Below are positions 26,093 to 34,830 of a DNA stretch of 64,000 bases, piece after piece. The notes beneath the pieces are model-generated. The model did no database searches. It saw nothing but the letters and a program-made list of their open reading frames with translations, and was not told the DNA's origin. Numbering within the stretch: the first letter of the stretch is position 1; each line of letters opens with the position of its first letter. The position numbers were made by a program, and so were the translations under genes. Source of the stretch: Candidatus Limnocylindria bacterium (GTDB taxonomy: Bacteria > Chloroflexota > Limnocylindria > Limnocylindrales > CSP1-4). Location: assembly GCA_035514295.1 (NCBI GenBank), contig DATKBB010000021.1, positions 10,460 through 74,459 of the forward strand, read 5' to 3'.

Positions 26093-26881
26093 TCAGTGGC
26101 TCGCGGCGGCATCCCGGTCGCCCTCGTCCTCCGTCGTCCAGCCCTGATTGGAGAACGTCGGGATGAAGCGGTAGCCCTTGCCCGGAACGGTGGCAATGAA
26201 GCGCGGCTGGCGGTAGTCGTTCTGCAGCTTGACGCGCAGGCCGCGAATGTGGCGATCCACGACGTTGCTCTCGGCGACGAAGTCCATGCCCCACACTCCG
26301 TCCAGGATCTCGTCTCGCGAAACGACGCGCCCACTTCGACTGGCGAGCAGGTAGAGGAGGCTCTGCTCGATGCTGCTCAGATGCACGACGGAGTCTCCCG
26401 TCCTGACCTCCCGGCGGAGGATGTCGATCTCCATCTCGCCCAGCCTGATGGTGGGGACGATGGGTCGATCAACGCCCGACGCGCGACGTGTGACGACAAT
26501 TGCTCGGGCGAGCAGCTCTTCGGGCGAGAAGGGAAGGGTCAGGATGTCGTCGACGCCAAGGTCGAACGCCTGCAGCTTGGTCGGCAGGTCGCCGCGGCGG
26601 GTCAGGCCCAGGACAGGAGTGGTGCTGGCCGTCAGGCTGTTGGAGGCGCCCAGGCGCTGGAGAAGTTCGGTGCTGTCGTCGTGGTCCATGTCGACCACCG
26701 CCAGGTGCGGACCCCAGTCGCCGAGGATCCTTTCCGCCTCGCGAAGGTCAGGCGCCGCACGGACGACGAACATGCCGTGGTTGAGGGTCAGCTCAACAAG
26801 GTCAATGACGATTGGCCGATCAAGGAGCAGGAGTGCACGGCGTGCATCCTTCGGTGCTGCCTGCTCGTCGTGGACCCTCAT
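26093..26881 (-). CDS. OmpR/PhoB-type response regulator, atypical receiver, orphan (no kinase nearby)
   Basis: C-terminal winged helix (LSSIEQSLLYLLASRSGRVVSRDEILDGVWG...VDRHIRGLRVKL...I.TVPGKGYRF). ATG at 26881 follows GGGAGG-N7. The receiver keeps the phospho-Asp position (LAVVDMD) but reads LLLLDR in place of the DD pair and TLPF in place of KPF. Confidence 0.8.
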   Translation of the reverse strand: MRVHDEQAAPKDARRALLLLDRPIVIDLVELTLNHGMFVVRAAPDLREAERILGDWGPHLAVVDMDHDDSTELLQRLGASNSLTASTTPVLGLTRRGDLPTKLQAFDLGVDDILTLPFSPEELLARAIVVTRRASGVDRPIVPTIRLGEMEIDILRREVRTGDSVVHLSSIEQSLLYLLASRSGRVVSRDEILDGVWGMDFVAESNVVDRHIRGLRVKLQNDYRQPRFIATVPGKGYRFIPTFSNQGWTTEDEGDRDAAASH

Positions 26882-27039
26882 CGCGTGGCCTCCCATGACA
26901 TGCACACCCTCTCACGGCCATTTTAGCGGGTCTCGCCACCACTCCTAGGGTACCGATACGCTGGCGCGATCGAAGGATCGCTCGGGATACACTCGGACCG
27001 ATCGAGCAAAGCACTCGACAGGTAGCCGCACGAGGGTCA

Positions 27040-28644
27040 ATGGCGCAGAGGTACGACGCCGTCATAGTCGGTGGCGGGCACAACGGGCTGACCTGCGCCG
27101 CCTACCTGGCCCGCGCCGGCTGGAGCGTGCTGCTGCTCGAGCGCCGCCACGTGCTGGGCGGGGCGACTGTCACGGAGGAGGTTTTCCCCGGCTTCAAGTT
27201 CAGCGTTGCGTCCTACGTCGTCAGCCTGCTGCGCCCGCAGATCATCCGCGAGCTTGAGCTGCCCCGCCACGGGCTGGAGGTGCTGCCCGTCAACGGCACG
27301 CTCACGCCGCTCGGCGACGACTACCTCTGGCGCACGGACGACCACGGCCGGACCGTGCGCGAGCTGCGCCGCTGGTCGAAGCGCGACGCGGAGGCCTACG
27401 AGGAGTACGCGCTGCTGATGGCCGAAATGGCCCGCTTCGTGCAACCCCTGCTGGACGACGGCCCGCCCCGCCTGGCCGGCCTGGATCCGCGCGGCCTGCT
27501 CGACCTGGCCGGGCTCGCCCGACGCTTCGCCGCGCTGCCCGAGCCCCAGCAGACGGCCTTCATCCAACTGCTGACCATGAGCTCGGCCGACTTCGTCAGC
27601 CAGTGGTTCGAGACCGAGCCGCTGCGGGCCACGATCGCGGCGTCGGGGATCATCGGGACCTTCCTGGGCGTGCGCTCGCCCGGCTCGGCCTACGTCCTGC
27701 TGCACCACTACATGGGCGAGGTGGACGGCGAGTACCGCGCGTGGGGCCTGCCCCGCGGAGGAACGGGCGCGGTGAGCGGCGCGATCGCGGCCGCGGCGCG
27801 CGAGGCCGGCGCCGAGCTGCGGGTGGAGTCGCCCGTCGCCCGGATCACCACCCGCGACGGTCGAGCGACCGGCGTGGTGCTGGAGTCCGGCCAGGAGATC
27901 GAGGCCGGCGCGGTGCTCTCCTCGGCCGACGTGCGCACCACGCTGCTGGGCCTGCTGGAACCGGGCACGCTGCTGGCTGAAGATGAGGTGGCCGTGCGGC
28001 GCTACAAGTTCCGCGGCTCATCCGGCAAGGTCAACTTCGCCCTCGGCGGGCTACCCGAGTTCAGCTGCCTGCCGGCCGGTACGACGGAGCACTACCGCGG
28101 GATGGTCTCGATCTCGCCCTCGGTCGAATACCTCGAGCGCGCCTACGACGACGCGGTAGAAGGCCGCTTCAGCGCCGAGCCCTACATCGACATCGGCTTT
28201 CCGAGCGCGATCGATCCGTCGGTGGCGCCGCCCGGCAAGCACGTTATGGCTTGCTTCGTGCAGTACGCGCCGTACGAGTTGGCTGACGGGACGTGGGACG
28301 ACCACCGCGAGGCCTTCGGCGACACCGTCCAGCGCACTATCGCCCGCCATGCGCCCAACCTCGATTCGCTTGTCCTGCACCGCCAGGTACTCACGCCGCT
28401 GGACATCGAGCGCACGTTCGGCCTGTCCGAGGGCAACATCTTCCAGGGCGAACTGCTGCTCGAGCAGCTGTTCAGCAACCGCCCGCTGCCCGGCAGCGGC
28501 TACCGCACGCCCGTGGCGGACCTGTGGATATGCGGCTCGTCGGCTCATCCGGGCGGGGCCATCTCCGGCGCGCCCGGGCGCAACGCGGCGCTGGAACTGC
28601 TGGGCTCGCGGCGGGCAGTGGGCCGGGCCGAGCGCGTCGCGTGA
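27040..28644 (+). CDS. NAD(P)/FAD-dependent oxidoreductase (phytoene desaturase / PYROXD2-like, COG1233)
   Basis: YDAVIVGGGHNGLTCAAYLARAGWSVLLLERRHVLGG dinucleotide-binding N-terminus and a C-terminal ...WICGSSAHPGGAISGAPG. Confidence 0.85.
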   Translation: MAQRYDAVIVGGGHNGLTCAAYLARAGWSVLLLERRHVLGGATVTEEVFPGFKFSVASYVVSLLRPQIIRELELPRHGLEVLPVNGTLTPLGDDYLWRTDDHGRTVRELRRWSKRDAEAYEEYALLMAEMARFVQPLLDDGPPRLAGLDPRGLLDLAGLARRFAALPEPQQTAFIQLLTMSSADFVSQWFETEPLRATIAASGIIGTFLGVRSPGSAYVLLHHYMGEVDGEYRAWGLPRGGTGAVSGAIAAAAREAGAELRVESPVARITTRDGRATGVVLESGQEIEAGAVLSSADVRTTLLGLLEPGTLLAEDEVAVRRYKFRGSSGKVNFALGGLPEFSCLPAGTTEHYRGMVSISPSVEYLERAYDDAVEGRFSAEPYIDIGFPSAIDPSVAPPGKHVMACFVQYAPYELADGTWDDHREAFGDTVQRTIARHAPNLDSLVLHRQVLTPLDIERTFGLSEGNIFQGELLLEQLFSNRPLPGSGYRTPVADLWICGSSAHPGGAISGAPGRNAALELLGSRRAVGRAERVA

Positions 28645-30290
28645 CGGGAGGCGGCAGCCGCTACGACGCGATCGTCGTGGGCGGCGGTCACAACGGCCTT
28701 GTCTGCGCGGCGTACCTGGCTCTGGACGGGCTGCGCACCGTCGTCCTGGAGCGCCGCCGGGAGGTGGGCGGCATGGCCGCCACGCACGAGCTGCTGCCCG
28801 GCGTGCGCGTTCCAGCCCTGGCCCACACCCTCGGCCGGCTGCGGCCGTCCATCGTCCGCGACCTGCACCTGCGCGAGCACGGCCTGGCGCTGGTGCAGCC
28901 TGAGGTCCGCGCCTGGGCTCCCCAGCCCGACGGACGCTCGCTGACGCTCTGGGGCGACGCCGAGCGCACGGCGGCCCACCTAGCCGACAGCGGGCTGGTG
29001 TCGGCGGCCGACGCCCGGGCCTACGCCGACAACGACGGCCGACTGCGGGCGCTGGGCTCGGCCATCGCCGTGCTCATGTCGCGCCCACCGCCCGACATCA
29101 CGCACGCCGGCCTGGGCGACGCGCTCGACGGCCTGCGTGCCGGCCTGGCCGCCCGAGCTCGCGCTCGATCAGAGCCTGGCGGCCTGCTGCGTGTGACCCC
29201 CATGTCCGTCGCGGACCTGCTGGCCGAGTGGTTCGCGAGCGACGCCCTGCGCGCGGTGGTTGCGGCGCGAGCGCTCCAGTACACCTCTTGGGAGCCGCGC
29301 AACCCGGGCACGGCGGCCCTGTTGCTCACGGATACGGCGGGCAACGACGGCGGCATGGCCGGCCAGACGGTCTACGCCCGAGGAGGTCCCGGGGCGCTGG
29401 GGCAGGCGCTGGAGTCGGCCGCCAGGGCGCTGGGCGCGGAGGTACGCACCGGGGCGGAGGTGGTCGCGGTGCGGCGGTCGGGGGAAGCCGTGTGCGGCGT
29501 CGCGCTTGCCTCGGGCGAGGAGGTCGACGCGCCGGTGGTGGTTTCCGGGCTGGATCCACGGCAGACACTGCTGCGCCTGCTGGAGCCGGAGGTGCTCGGG
29601 CCGCGCCTTGGCTGGCGGGCGGGCAACATCCGCCAGCGCGGCGCGACGGGCAAGGTCAACCTGGCCCTGGGCGCTCTGCCGGCCTTCCGCGGGCTGGACG
29701 GCAACGGCACAGATCCACGTTTGCGGGGGCGCATCGTCATCGCGCCGACTACGACGTACGTCGAGCAGGCGGCGCGTGCGGGCAAGTACGACCGGCTGGC
29801 CGACGCACCCGTGCTGGAGGCGACCATCCCCAGCCTGGTGGACCCCGGCCTGGTCGACACACGCCGGCGCAGGCGGAAGGCGGCCCACGTCGTGAGCGTC
29901 ATCGTCCAACCGGCACCGTACGAGCTGCGTGACGCGGGCTGGGACGCTCAGCGCCAGACCCTTGGTCACGGCGTGCTGCGCACTCTGGACGCGTACGCGC
30001 CGGGCATCGCCGAGCTGGTCGAGGAGATGCAGGTCATCACGCCGCTCGACATCGAGAGCGAGTGGGGCGCGACGGAGGGCCATGCGCTCCACGCCGAGGC
30101 CGGCCTCGACCAGTGGTTCGCCTGGCGCCCGCTGCACGGCTACGGCCGCTACCGGCTCCCGCTGGAGGGTCTGTACCTGTGCGGCTCGGGCGCCCACCCG
30201 GGAGGCGGCGTTACCGGTGGCCCCGGCCAGCTCGCCGCGCGCGAGGTCCTCGCCGACTGGGCACGCCGCAGAGACAGGTCGCACGCCTGA
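28641..30290 (+). CDS. NAD(P)/FAD-dependent oxidoreductase (COG1233), tandem paralogue
   Basis: GTG at 28641 overlaps the previous stop (GTGA). YDAIVVGGGHNGLVCAAYLALDGLRTVVLERRREVGG ... LYLCGSGAHPGGGVTGGPG. The track ORF from 28293 is read-through. Confidence 0.85.
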   Translation: MTGGGSRYDAIVVGGGHNGLVCAAYLALDGLRTVVLERRREVGGMAATHELLPGVRVPALAHTLGRLRPSIVRDLHLREHGLALVQPEVRAWAPQPDGRSLTLWGDAERTAAHLADSGLVSAADARAYADNDGRLRALGSAIAVLMSRPPPDITHAGLGDALDGLRAGLAARARARSEPGGLLRVTPMSVADLLAEWFASDALRAVVAARALQYTSWEPRNPGTAALLLTDTAGNDGGMAGQTVYARGGPGALGQALESAARALGAEVRTGAEVVAVRRSGEAVCGVALASGEEVDAPVVVSGLDPRQTLLRLLEPEVLGPRLGWRAGNIRQRGATGKVNLALGALPAFRGLDGNGTDPRLRGRIVIAPTTTYVEQAARAGKYDRLADAPVLEATIPSLVDPGLVDTRRRRRKAAHVVSVIVQPAPYELRDAGWDAQRQTLGHGVLRTLDAYAPGIAELVEEMQVITPLDIESEWGATEGHALHAEAGLDQWFAWRPLHGYGRYRLPLEGLYLCGSGAHPGGGVTGGPGQLAAREVLADWARRRDRSHA

Positions 30291-30300
30291 CGCCTAGCCT

Positions 30301-30470
30301 GATTGCGAGTTTGTCTCAAAAGTCGCAACTAGCGACAGCGTCTCGCCCGGCACCGTCCATTTCGCCGCATTTGTCGCTGCGAGCCACTTCTGCGACGAAG
30401 TGGGCCGCGAAATCGGCCCATCGCGCGCAACGGTGTCGCCATCTGCGACTTCCGCGACAAAGCGCGGCCT
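30301..30470. other. lower-GC convergent intergenic region packed with GTCGC / GCGAC motifs and small hairpins
   Basis: GTCGC-N5-GCGAC at 30322-30336 and 30435-30449. TTTGTCGC at 30370-30377 with its complement GCGACAAA at 30454-30461. 7-bp stem hairpin ccacttc-tgcgac-gaagtgg at 30384-30403. Confidence 0.3.
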
Positions 30471-30477
30471 CCCCATG

Positions 30478-31446
30478 CTAGCGACGCTCCTCCTCGGGCT
30501 CGACCTGGGACGTGACGATCTCGTCCATGCGAGCCTCTTCGCGCGTGGCAGGCTCGGCGGCGGCTGGCACGGGCTCGCCAGCCGGGGTCAGGTCCCAGTC
30601 CCAGCTGTTGAGGCGGCCAAGCAGGCGCTTGGCAGTCAGGTCGAGCTGGATGGGAGTGATCGCGATTCGTCGGTTGACAACGGCGTAGAAGTCGGTGCCC
30701 GGCTCGGCCAGGCCCGACGGCGGCGGGCCCCCGATCCAGTAGTAGGGGATGCCGCGCGGATCCAGTCGCTCCAGCAGCTCGTCCTGGTAGACCCGCTTGC
30801 CCATGCGCGTGACCTCGACGCCCTCGCATTCGTCCGCGCGCAGGGCGGGCACGTTGATGTTGATCAGCTCGCCCGGACCGAGGCCGTTCTCGAGGATGTT
30901 GACCGCCGCGACGTAGGCGATGCGCGCGGCCAGGGTGAAATCGGGGTGCTCGTAGTACTCCTGCGAGACGGCGAAGGCCGGGCAGTTGCTGAGCACGGCC
31001 TCCATTGCCGCGCTGACCGTGCCCGAGTAGGTGATGTCGTCGCCCAGGTTGGCGCCGTAGTTGATGCCCGAGGCGACGAGGTCGAAGCCGTGATCGAAGT
31101 ACCCCAGGAAGGCCAGGCTGACGGCGTCCGTCGGCGAGCCGTCGACCGACCAGCCCAGCGTGCCGTCGGCCAGCGTCCTCTCGCGCACCCGCAAGGGCCG
31201 CATGAACGTCTTGGTGTGGCCCACGGCCGACTGATTGGTCTCGGGGGCCAAAACGTACACGTCGCCCAGCGGCTCGAGCGCCTGCTTGAGGGCCAGCAGT
31301 CCGCGCGATTCGATGCCGTCGTCGTTGGTCACCAGGATCCGCGGGCGGCCCTCCCACTCGCCCAGCGGCCTGGCCCGGCGCGGCGTTGCGCGTGGCTGGA
31401 CGCGCCGCTCGCCGGCAGCCAGTGGCTCGCCGCGTTCACGGTCCAC
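30478..31446 (-). CDS. surE: 5'/3'-nucleotidase SurE
   Basis: RILVTNDDGIESRGL...SGINYGANLGDDITYSGTVSAAMEA, the canonical SurE core. It is only the C-terminal third of track ORF 30478..32727. No ATG/GTG/TTG sits just upstream of RILVTNDDG; the nearest in-frame start is GTG 31446 and the start is uncertain. Confidence 0.8.
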   Translation of the reverse strand: MDRERGEPLAAGERRVQPRATPRRARPLGEWEGRPRILVTNDDGIESRGLLALKQALEPLGDVYVLAPETNQSAVGHTKTFMRPLRVRERTLADGTLGWSVDGSPTDAVSLAFLGYFDHGFDLVASGINYGANLGDDITYSGTVSAAMEAVLSNCPAFAVSQEYYEHPDFTLAARIAYVAAVNILENGLGPGELININVPALRADECEGVEVTRMGKRVYQDELLERLDPRGIPYYWIGGPPPSGLAEPGTDFYAVVNRRIAITPIQLDLTAKRLLGRLNSWDWDLTPAGEPVPAAAEPATREEARMDEIVTSQVEPEEERR

Positions 31447-31592
31447 GTCCCGCCGCTCCGTCCGGTCGGCCTCGCGCGGGCCCTCGCCGGCATTCCGGTA
31501 GCGTGGATCGGCCAGGCGGCGATCGGGCTGGGGGCTGCCCCGCCGGCCGTTGTCGGAGGAATTCGACGGGCGGCCGCGCGTGGACCTGCGCT

Positions 31593-32873
31593 TCACGCTC
31601 CGGGCTCCGCCGAGCCGGGAGCCGGCTCGGGCCCCGGCCTGCGCCGGCGCGGGCGAGGTGCTGCCTCGGTCCCGCCGCTCCCGCTGGCGCCGCCGCTGCC
31701 ACCGGGCGGCGCGGCCGGCACGGGTGGTGCTGTGGGCACGCGCACGGCTCGGCCCTCGCGTTCGCCTACCCTGCGCGCCGCGCGCGATGCCACATCGCGC
31801 GGTCCGCTCCCGCTCCGATCGAGGAAGTGGTGGAAGAAGGCGGCCATGACCGCGGTGAAGGGCAGAGCGAAGATGGCCCCGGCAATGCCGGCAATCTTCA
31901 GTCCCACCAACACGGATACCAGCACGGCCACGGGGTTTATGCCCACCGCGCTGGCCATCACCCGCGGCTGGACGATGTTCATGACCACGAACCAGCCGAT
32001 GGCCATCACGATGAAGGTCGGCAGGGCCATGTCCGGCTTGGTCAGGAGCGCCACTACAACGGGCGGCGCCCAGGACAGGAAAGGCCCGAAGAAGGGGATC
32101 GCCTGAAGCACTCCGGCGAGCGCGGCGGAGGCGGGCAGGAACTCCAGTCCGAAGGCCAGGTGGGCGACGATGGCCACGGCGGCGTAGATGACGCCCTGGA
32201 TGGCCTGCCCGCGGATGAAGCCGCCAAAGGAGCTCGCCACGCTGGTCTCGAAGAGGCGTGCCTCTTCGCTGTAGCGCGGCGGCACGAGCCGATTGAGGTA
32301 GGCGATGATTCGGTCCTTGTCGAGCACGATGAAAAGCGACAGGAAGACCACGATCAGCAGACTGGCCAGCATGCCCAGGCTGGCCAAAGCAAGGTCGGTC
32401 AGCGGCCCGACCAGGTCGTCGCCCAGGCCGGCCAGAACGCGCAGCGCCTCGTCCGCAGCGGCAACGAGATCCACCCCCAAACCGATCGACTGTAGCCACG
32501 ACTGGATGGGTGCCACAAGTTCGGGCAGGCGAGCCTGGAGATTGGGCAGCTCGTTGATGAAGTTGCCGATCGACCCGGCCAGGCTGCCCGCCACGACGAG
32601 GGTGATGGCGGAGAGGCCCAGGAACAGCACGGTGTAGATCCCACCCACGACGAGCACCCTCGGCGCAAAGGGCACCGCGCGCAGGGTCAGGTTCACCAGC
32701 GGCGAGATCATGAAGGCCAGCAGCCAAGCCAGCAGCAGCACCAGCAAGAGGTCGCTGAAGAACACCAGGATCTCGGCCACCAGCCCGAGCAGGATCAGGC
32801 CGAGCACCAGCGTGCCCAGCACGAGCGCCGCGTGGAGCCAGCGCCTGTCGGACTCCGAGAGGTGAACCTCCAT
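31593..32873 (-). CDS. AI-2E family transporter (PerM/UPF0118)
   Basis: Multi-TM protein with a typical AI-2E layout (...FGGFIRGQAIQG..., ...IPFFGPFLSW.P..., ...IAGIAGAIFALP...). Low-complexity Pro/Gly/Arg tail. Confidence 0.85.
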   Translation of the reverse strand: MEVHLSESDRRWLHAALVLGTLVLGLILLGLVAEILVFFSDLLLVLLLAWLLAFMISPLVNLTLRAVPFAPRVLVVGGIYTVLFLGLSAITLVVAGSLAGSIGNFINELPNLQARLPELVAPIQSWLQSIGLGVDLVAAADEALRVLAGLGDDLVGPLTDLALASLGMLASLLIVVFLSLFIVLDKDRIIAYLNRLVPPRYSEEARLFETSVASSFGGFIRGQAIQGVIYAAVAIVAHLAFGLEFLPASAALAGVLQAIPFFGPFLSWAPPVVVALLTKPDMALPTFIVMAIGWFVVMNIVQPRVMASAVGINPVAVLVSVLVGLKIAGIAGAIFALPFTAVMAAFFHHFLDRSGSGPRDVASRAARRVGEREGRAVRVPTAPPVPAAPPGGSGGASGSGGTEAAPRPRRRRPGPEPAPGSAEPGA

Positions 32874-32914
32874 GATCGTCGGAGTCTACTGCCGGACGAT
32901 ACTCCGCCGACAGA

Positions 32915-33934
32915 TCAGGGCTGGCCCAGACCCATGCGAGCGTGCACTTCGGCCATAGTCTCGCGCGCCATGGGGGCGAGGCGTTCGGCGCCGGCGCGCA
33001 GCACCTCCTCCACGAGGCCGGGTTGGGCGGCCAGCTCGCGGCGCCGCTCGCGGGCCTCCGCGAACGTCGTGAGGATGCGCTCGTAGAGCAGTTGCTTGGT
33101 GTCGACGCAGCCGGTCCGCGCCGTGCGCTCGCCTTTCCAGATGGTCTCGTAGTCGGGGCTGACGAAGCGGTGCATCTGGCAGACGTTGCAGACCTCCGGC
33201 CGGCCAGGGTCGGTGCGCAGGATGCGCTGGGTGTCGGTGACCATGCTCATGACCTGCTTCCGCAGCACGCTCTCGTCGGCGAAGATCTCGACTACGTTGC
33301 CCAGCGACTTGCTCATCTTGTTGACGCCGTCTGTCCCCTTGACGATGGGTGAATCGGTGAAGACCGCCTCCGGCTCGACGAAGACGTTGCCGTAGCGCGA
33401 GTTGAAAGCGCGCACGATCTCCCGCGCGAGCTCGAGGTGGGCAGCCTGGTCCTTGCCCACCGGCACGTAGCGCGCCTTGTAGATCGCGATGTCGGCCGTC
33501 TGGAGCACGGGGTAGGTCAGAAGGGCGTGGTTGATGTCGTCGGGCTGGGTGCGCTTCTTCTCCTTGAAAGAGGGCGTGCGCTCGACCCAACTGACGGGCA
33601 CGACGGTCGAGAGCAGGTAGGCCAGCTCGGCGTGCTCGGGGCGGTCCGACTGGCGGAAGAGGATCGCCTTCTCGGGATCCAACCCCAGCGCCAGCAGGCC
33701 GAGTGCCATCTCGTAGGTATTGGTCCGGATGAGCTCGGAGTCGTGGGTGGAGGTCAGCGCGTGGTAGTCGACGATGCAGTAGATCGCGTTGCCCGTTTCC
33801 TGGAGGGCGATGTAATTGCGGAAGGCGCCCAGGTAGTTGCCCAGGTGGGGCAGGCCGGACGGCTGCACGCCCGAGAAGACCCGCTCTCCCGCGGCGACTG
33901 GATTGGCGACTGGGCTGCTGGTGGGTGAGGACAT
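32915..33934 (-). CDS. trpS: tryptophan--tRNA ligase
   Basis: Class I motifs SGVQPSGLPHLGNYLG (HIGH-type) and KMSKS (VNKMSKSLGN). 339 aa. Confidence 0.95.
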   Translation of the reverse strand: MSSPTSSPVANPVAAGERVFSGVQPSGLPHLGNYLGAFRNYIALQETGNAIYCIVDYHALTSTHDSELIRTNTYEMALGLLALGLDPEKAILFRQSDRPEHAELAYLLSTVVPVSWVERTPSFKEKKRTQPDDINHALLTYPVLQTADIAIYKARYVPVGKDQAAHLELAREIVRAFNSRYGNVFVEPEAVFTDSPIVKGTDGVNKMSKSLGNVVEIFADESVLRKQVMSMVTDTQRILRTDPGRPEVCNVCQMHRFVSPDYETIWKGERTARTGCVDTKQLLYERILTTFAEARERRRELAAQPGLVEEVLRAGAERLAPMARETMAEVHARMGLGQP

Positions 33935-33953
33935 GGACCGGAGTGTAAGCGGC

Positions 33954-34015
33954 GCGGCCGAGGCCCCTCCGCTCAGTCGGCGGAGCGGCCGAGGCCCCTC
34001 CGCTCAGTCGGCGGT
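33954..34015. repeat. perfect tandem duplication (about 31-bp period, 2 copies) between the LLM gene stop and the trpS start
   Basis: cggccgaggcccctccgctcagtcggcg occurs at 33955-33982 and again at 33986-34013. Each copy carries the hairpin ctccgc-N7-gcggag. Confidence 0.85.
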
Positions 34016-34017
34016 AG

Positions 34018-34830
34018 TCAGGCGCTTGGCGGGCCGGCAGCGATCCGATCGCGCAGCCGCATGACCGTGCCGCGCTCCCAGTCCGACTCGATCCACCACG
34101 TCGCGCCGGCCTCAACCCAGGGCGCCACCGCCGCACCCGCAGCCTGGGGGTCGTCCACAGTCACGCCCTCGACACAGATGTCGAAGCCGTCCAGGGAACG
34201 GCGCTCGGCGATCCAGTCGCGCATCCTGGCCAGCAGCGGCGGGCCCCACTCGTGCCCGGGCAGGGCGTGGGGCAGCAGCCCGTCCCAGCGCGCGGCGGGG
34301 CCCATCGAGCGCTCGCTGGGCCAGGCGCCCACGACCCAGACCGGGACGCGCGGCCGCTGTACAGGCGTCGGCCGGAAGGTCATCTTGCCGAAGCGGAAGT
34401 GGTGGCCTGAGTAGGCGAATGGGTCGCCGCTCCACAGCCCGGCCAGGATGGCCAGCGTCTCGTCCAGGCGCTCGGCTCGCTCGCGCCGCTCCGTAGCCTC
34501 GCCAACGTTGCCGAAACCGCTGTCGTCCGGCGCTCCCAGCCCCACGGGCAGCACGAGCCGGCCACCCGATAGCACGTCCAAGCTGGCCGTCTCGCGGGCC
34601 AGCTTCCACGGCCGGCGCCGCGAGGGAGGCGTGACGATCGCGCCCAATCTCACGCGCGAGGTGGTCATCGCCATCGCCGCCATAGTCACCCACGGGTCGT
34701 ACGTGTCCATGCTGCCGACCGCGATGCCGTCCCAGGTGAAGACGCCGTCCCAGCCCGCTCGCTCCGCCTCCGCCGCCAGCTCGGCTGCCTCGAGCGGGCT
34801 GCCGCTGGTCAGGATGATGCCGAACTTCAC
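34018..34830 (-). CDS. LLM-class (luciferase-like) flavin/F420-dependent oxidoreductase
   Basis: VKFGIIL...AE.AGWDGVF.WD...., ...RL.LPVGLG... GTG at 34830 overlaps the stop of the upstream YjbR-family gene (GTGA). Confidence 0.8.
   Translation of the reverse strand: MKFGIILTSGSPLEAAELAAEAERAGWDGVFTWDGIAVGSMDTYDPWVTMAAMAMTTSRVRLGAIVTPPSRRRPWKLARETASLDVLSGGRLVLPVGLGAPDDSGFGNVGEATERRERAERLDETLAILAGLWSGDPFAYSGHHFRFGKMTFRPTPVQRPRVPVWVVGAWPSERSMGPAARWDGLLPHALPGHEWGPPLLARMRDWIAERRSLDGFDICVEGVTVDDPQAAGAAVAPWVEAGATWWIESDWERGTVMRLRDRIAAGPPSA

Noticed and set aside
31329-31493. 54-aa upstream ORF ending in a GTGA overlap with a possible GTG start of surE
   Set aside because: The product (MPARARARPTGRSGG...) is out-of-frame-style low complexity. 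Starting SurE at that GTG would delete the conserved first beta-strand, which is encoded in frame upstream.
30478-32727. 749-aa ORF that would be the largest gene in the region
   Set aside because: It is chimeric read-through. Only the last roughly 290-320 codons are SurE. Upstream it runs out of frame through the AI-2E transporter gene (31593..32873), whose own frame gives a clean multi-TM protein.
33935-34017. T-box leader upstream of trpS; CRISPR-like repeat
   Set aside because: Only 83 nt separate trpS from the preceding gene, far too short for a T-box (specifier stem plus antiterminator). The repeat is just two directly abutting copies with no spacers, so it is not a CRISPR array.
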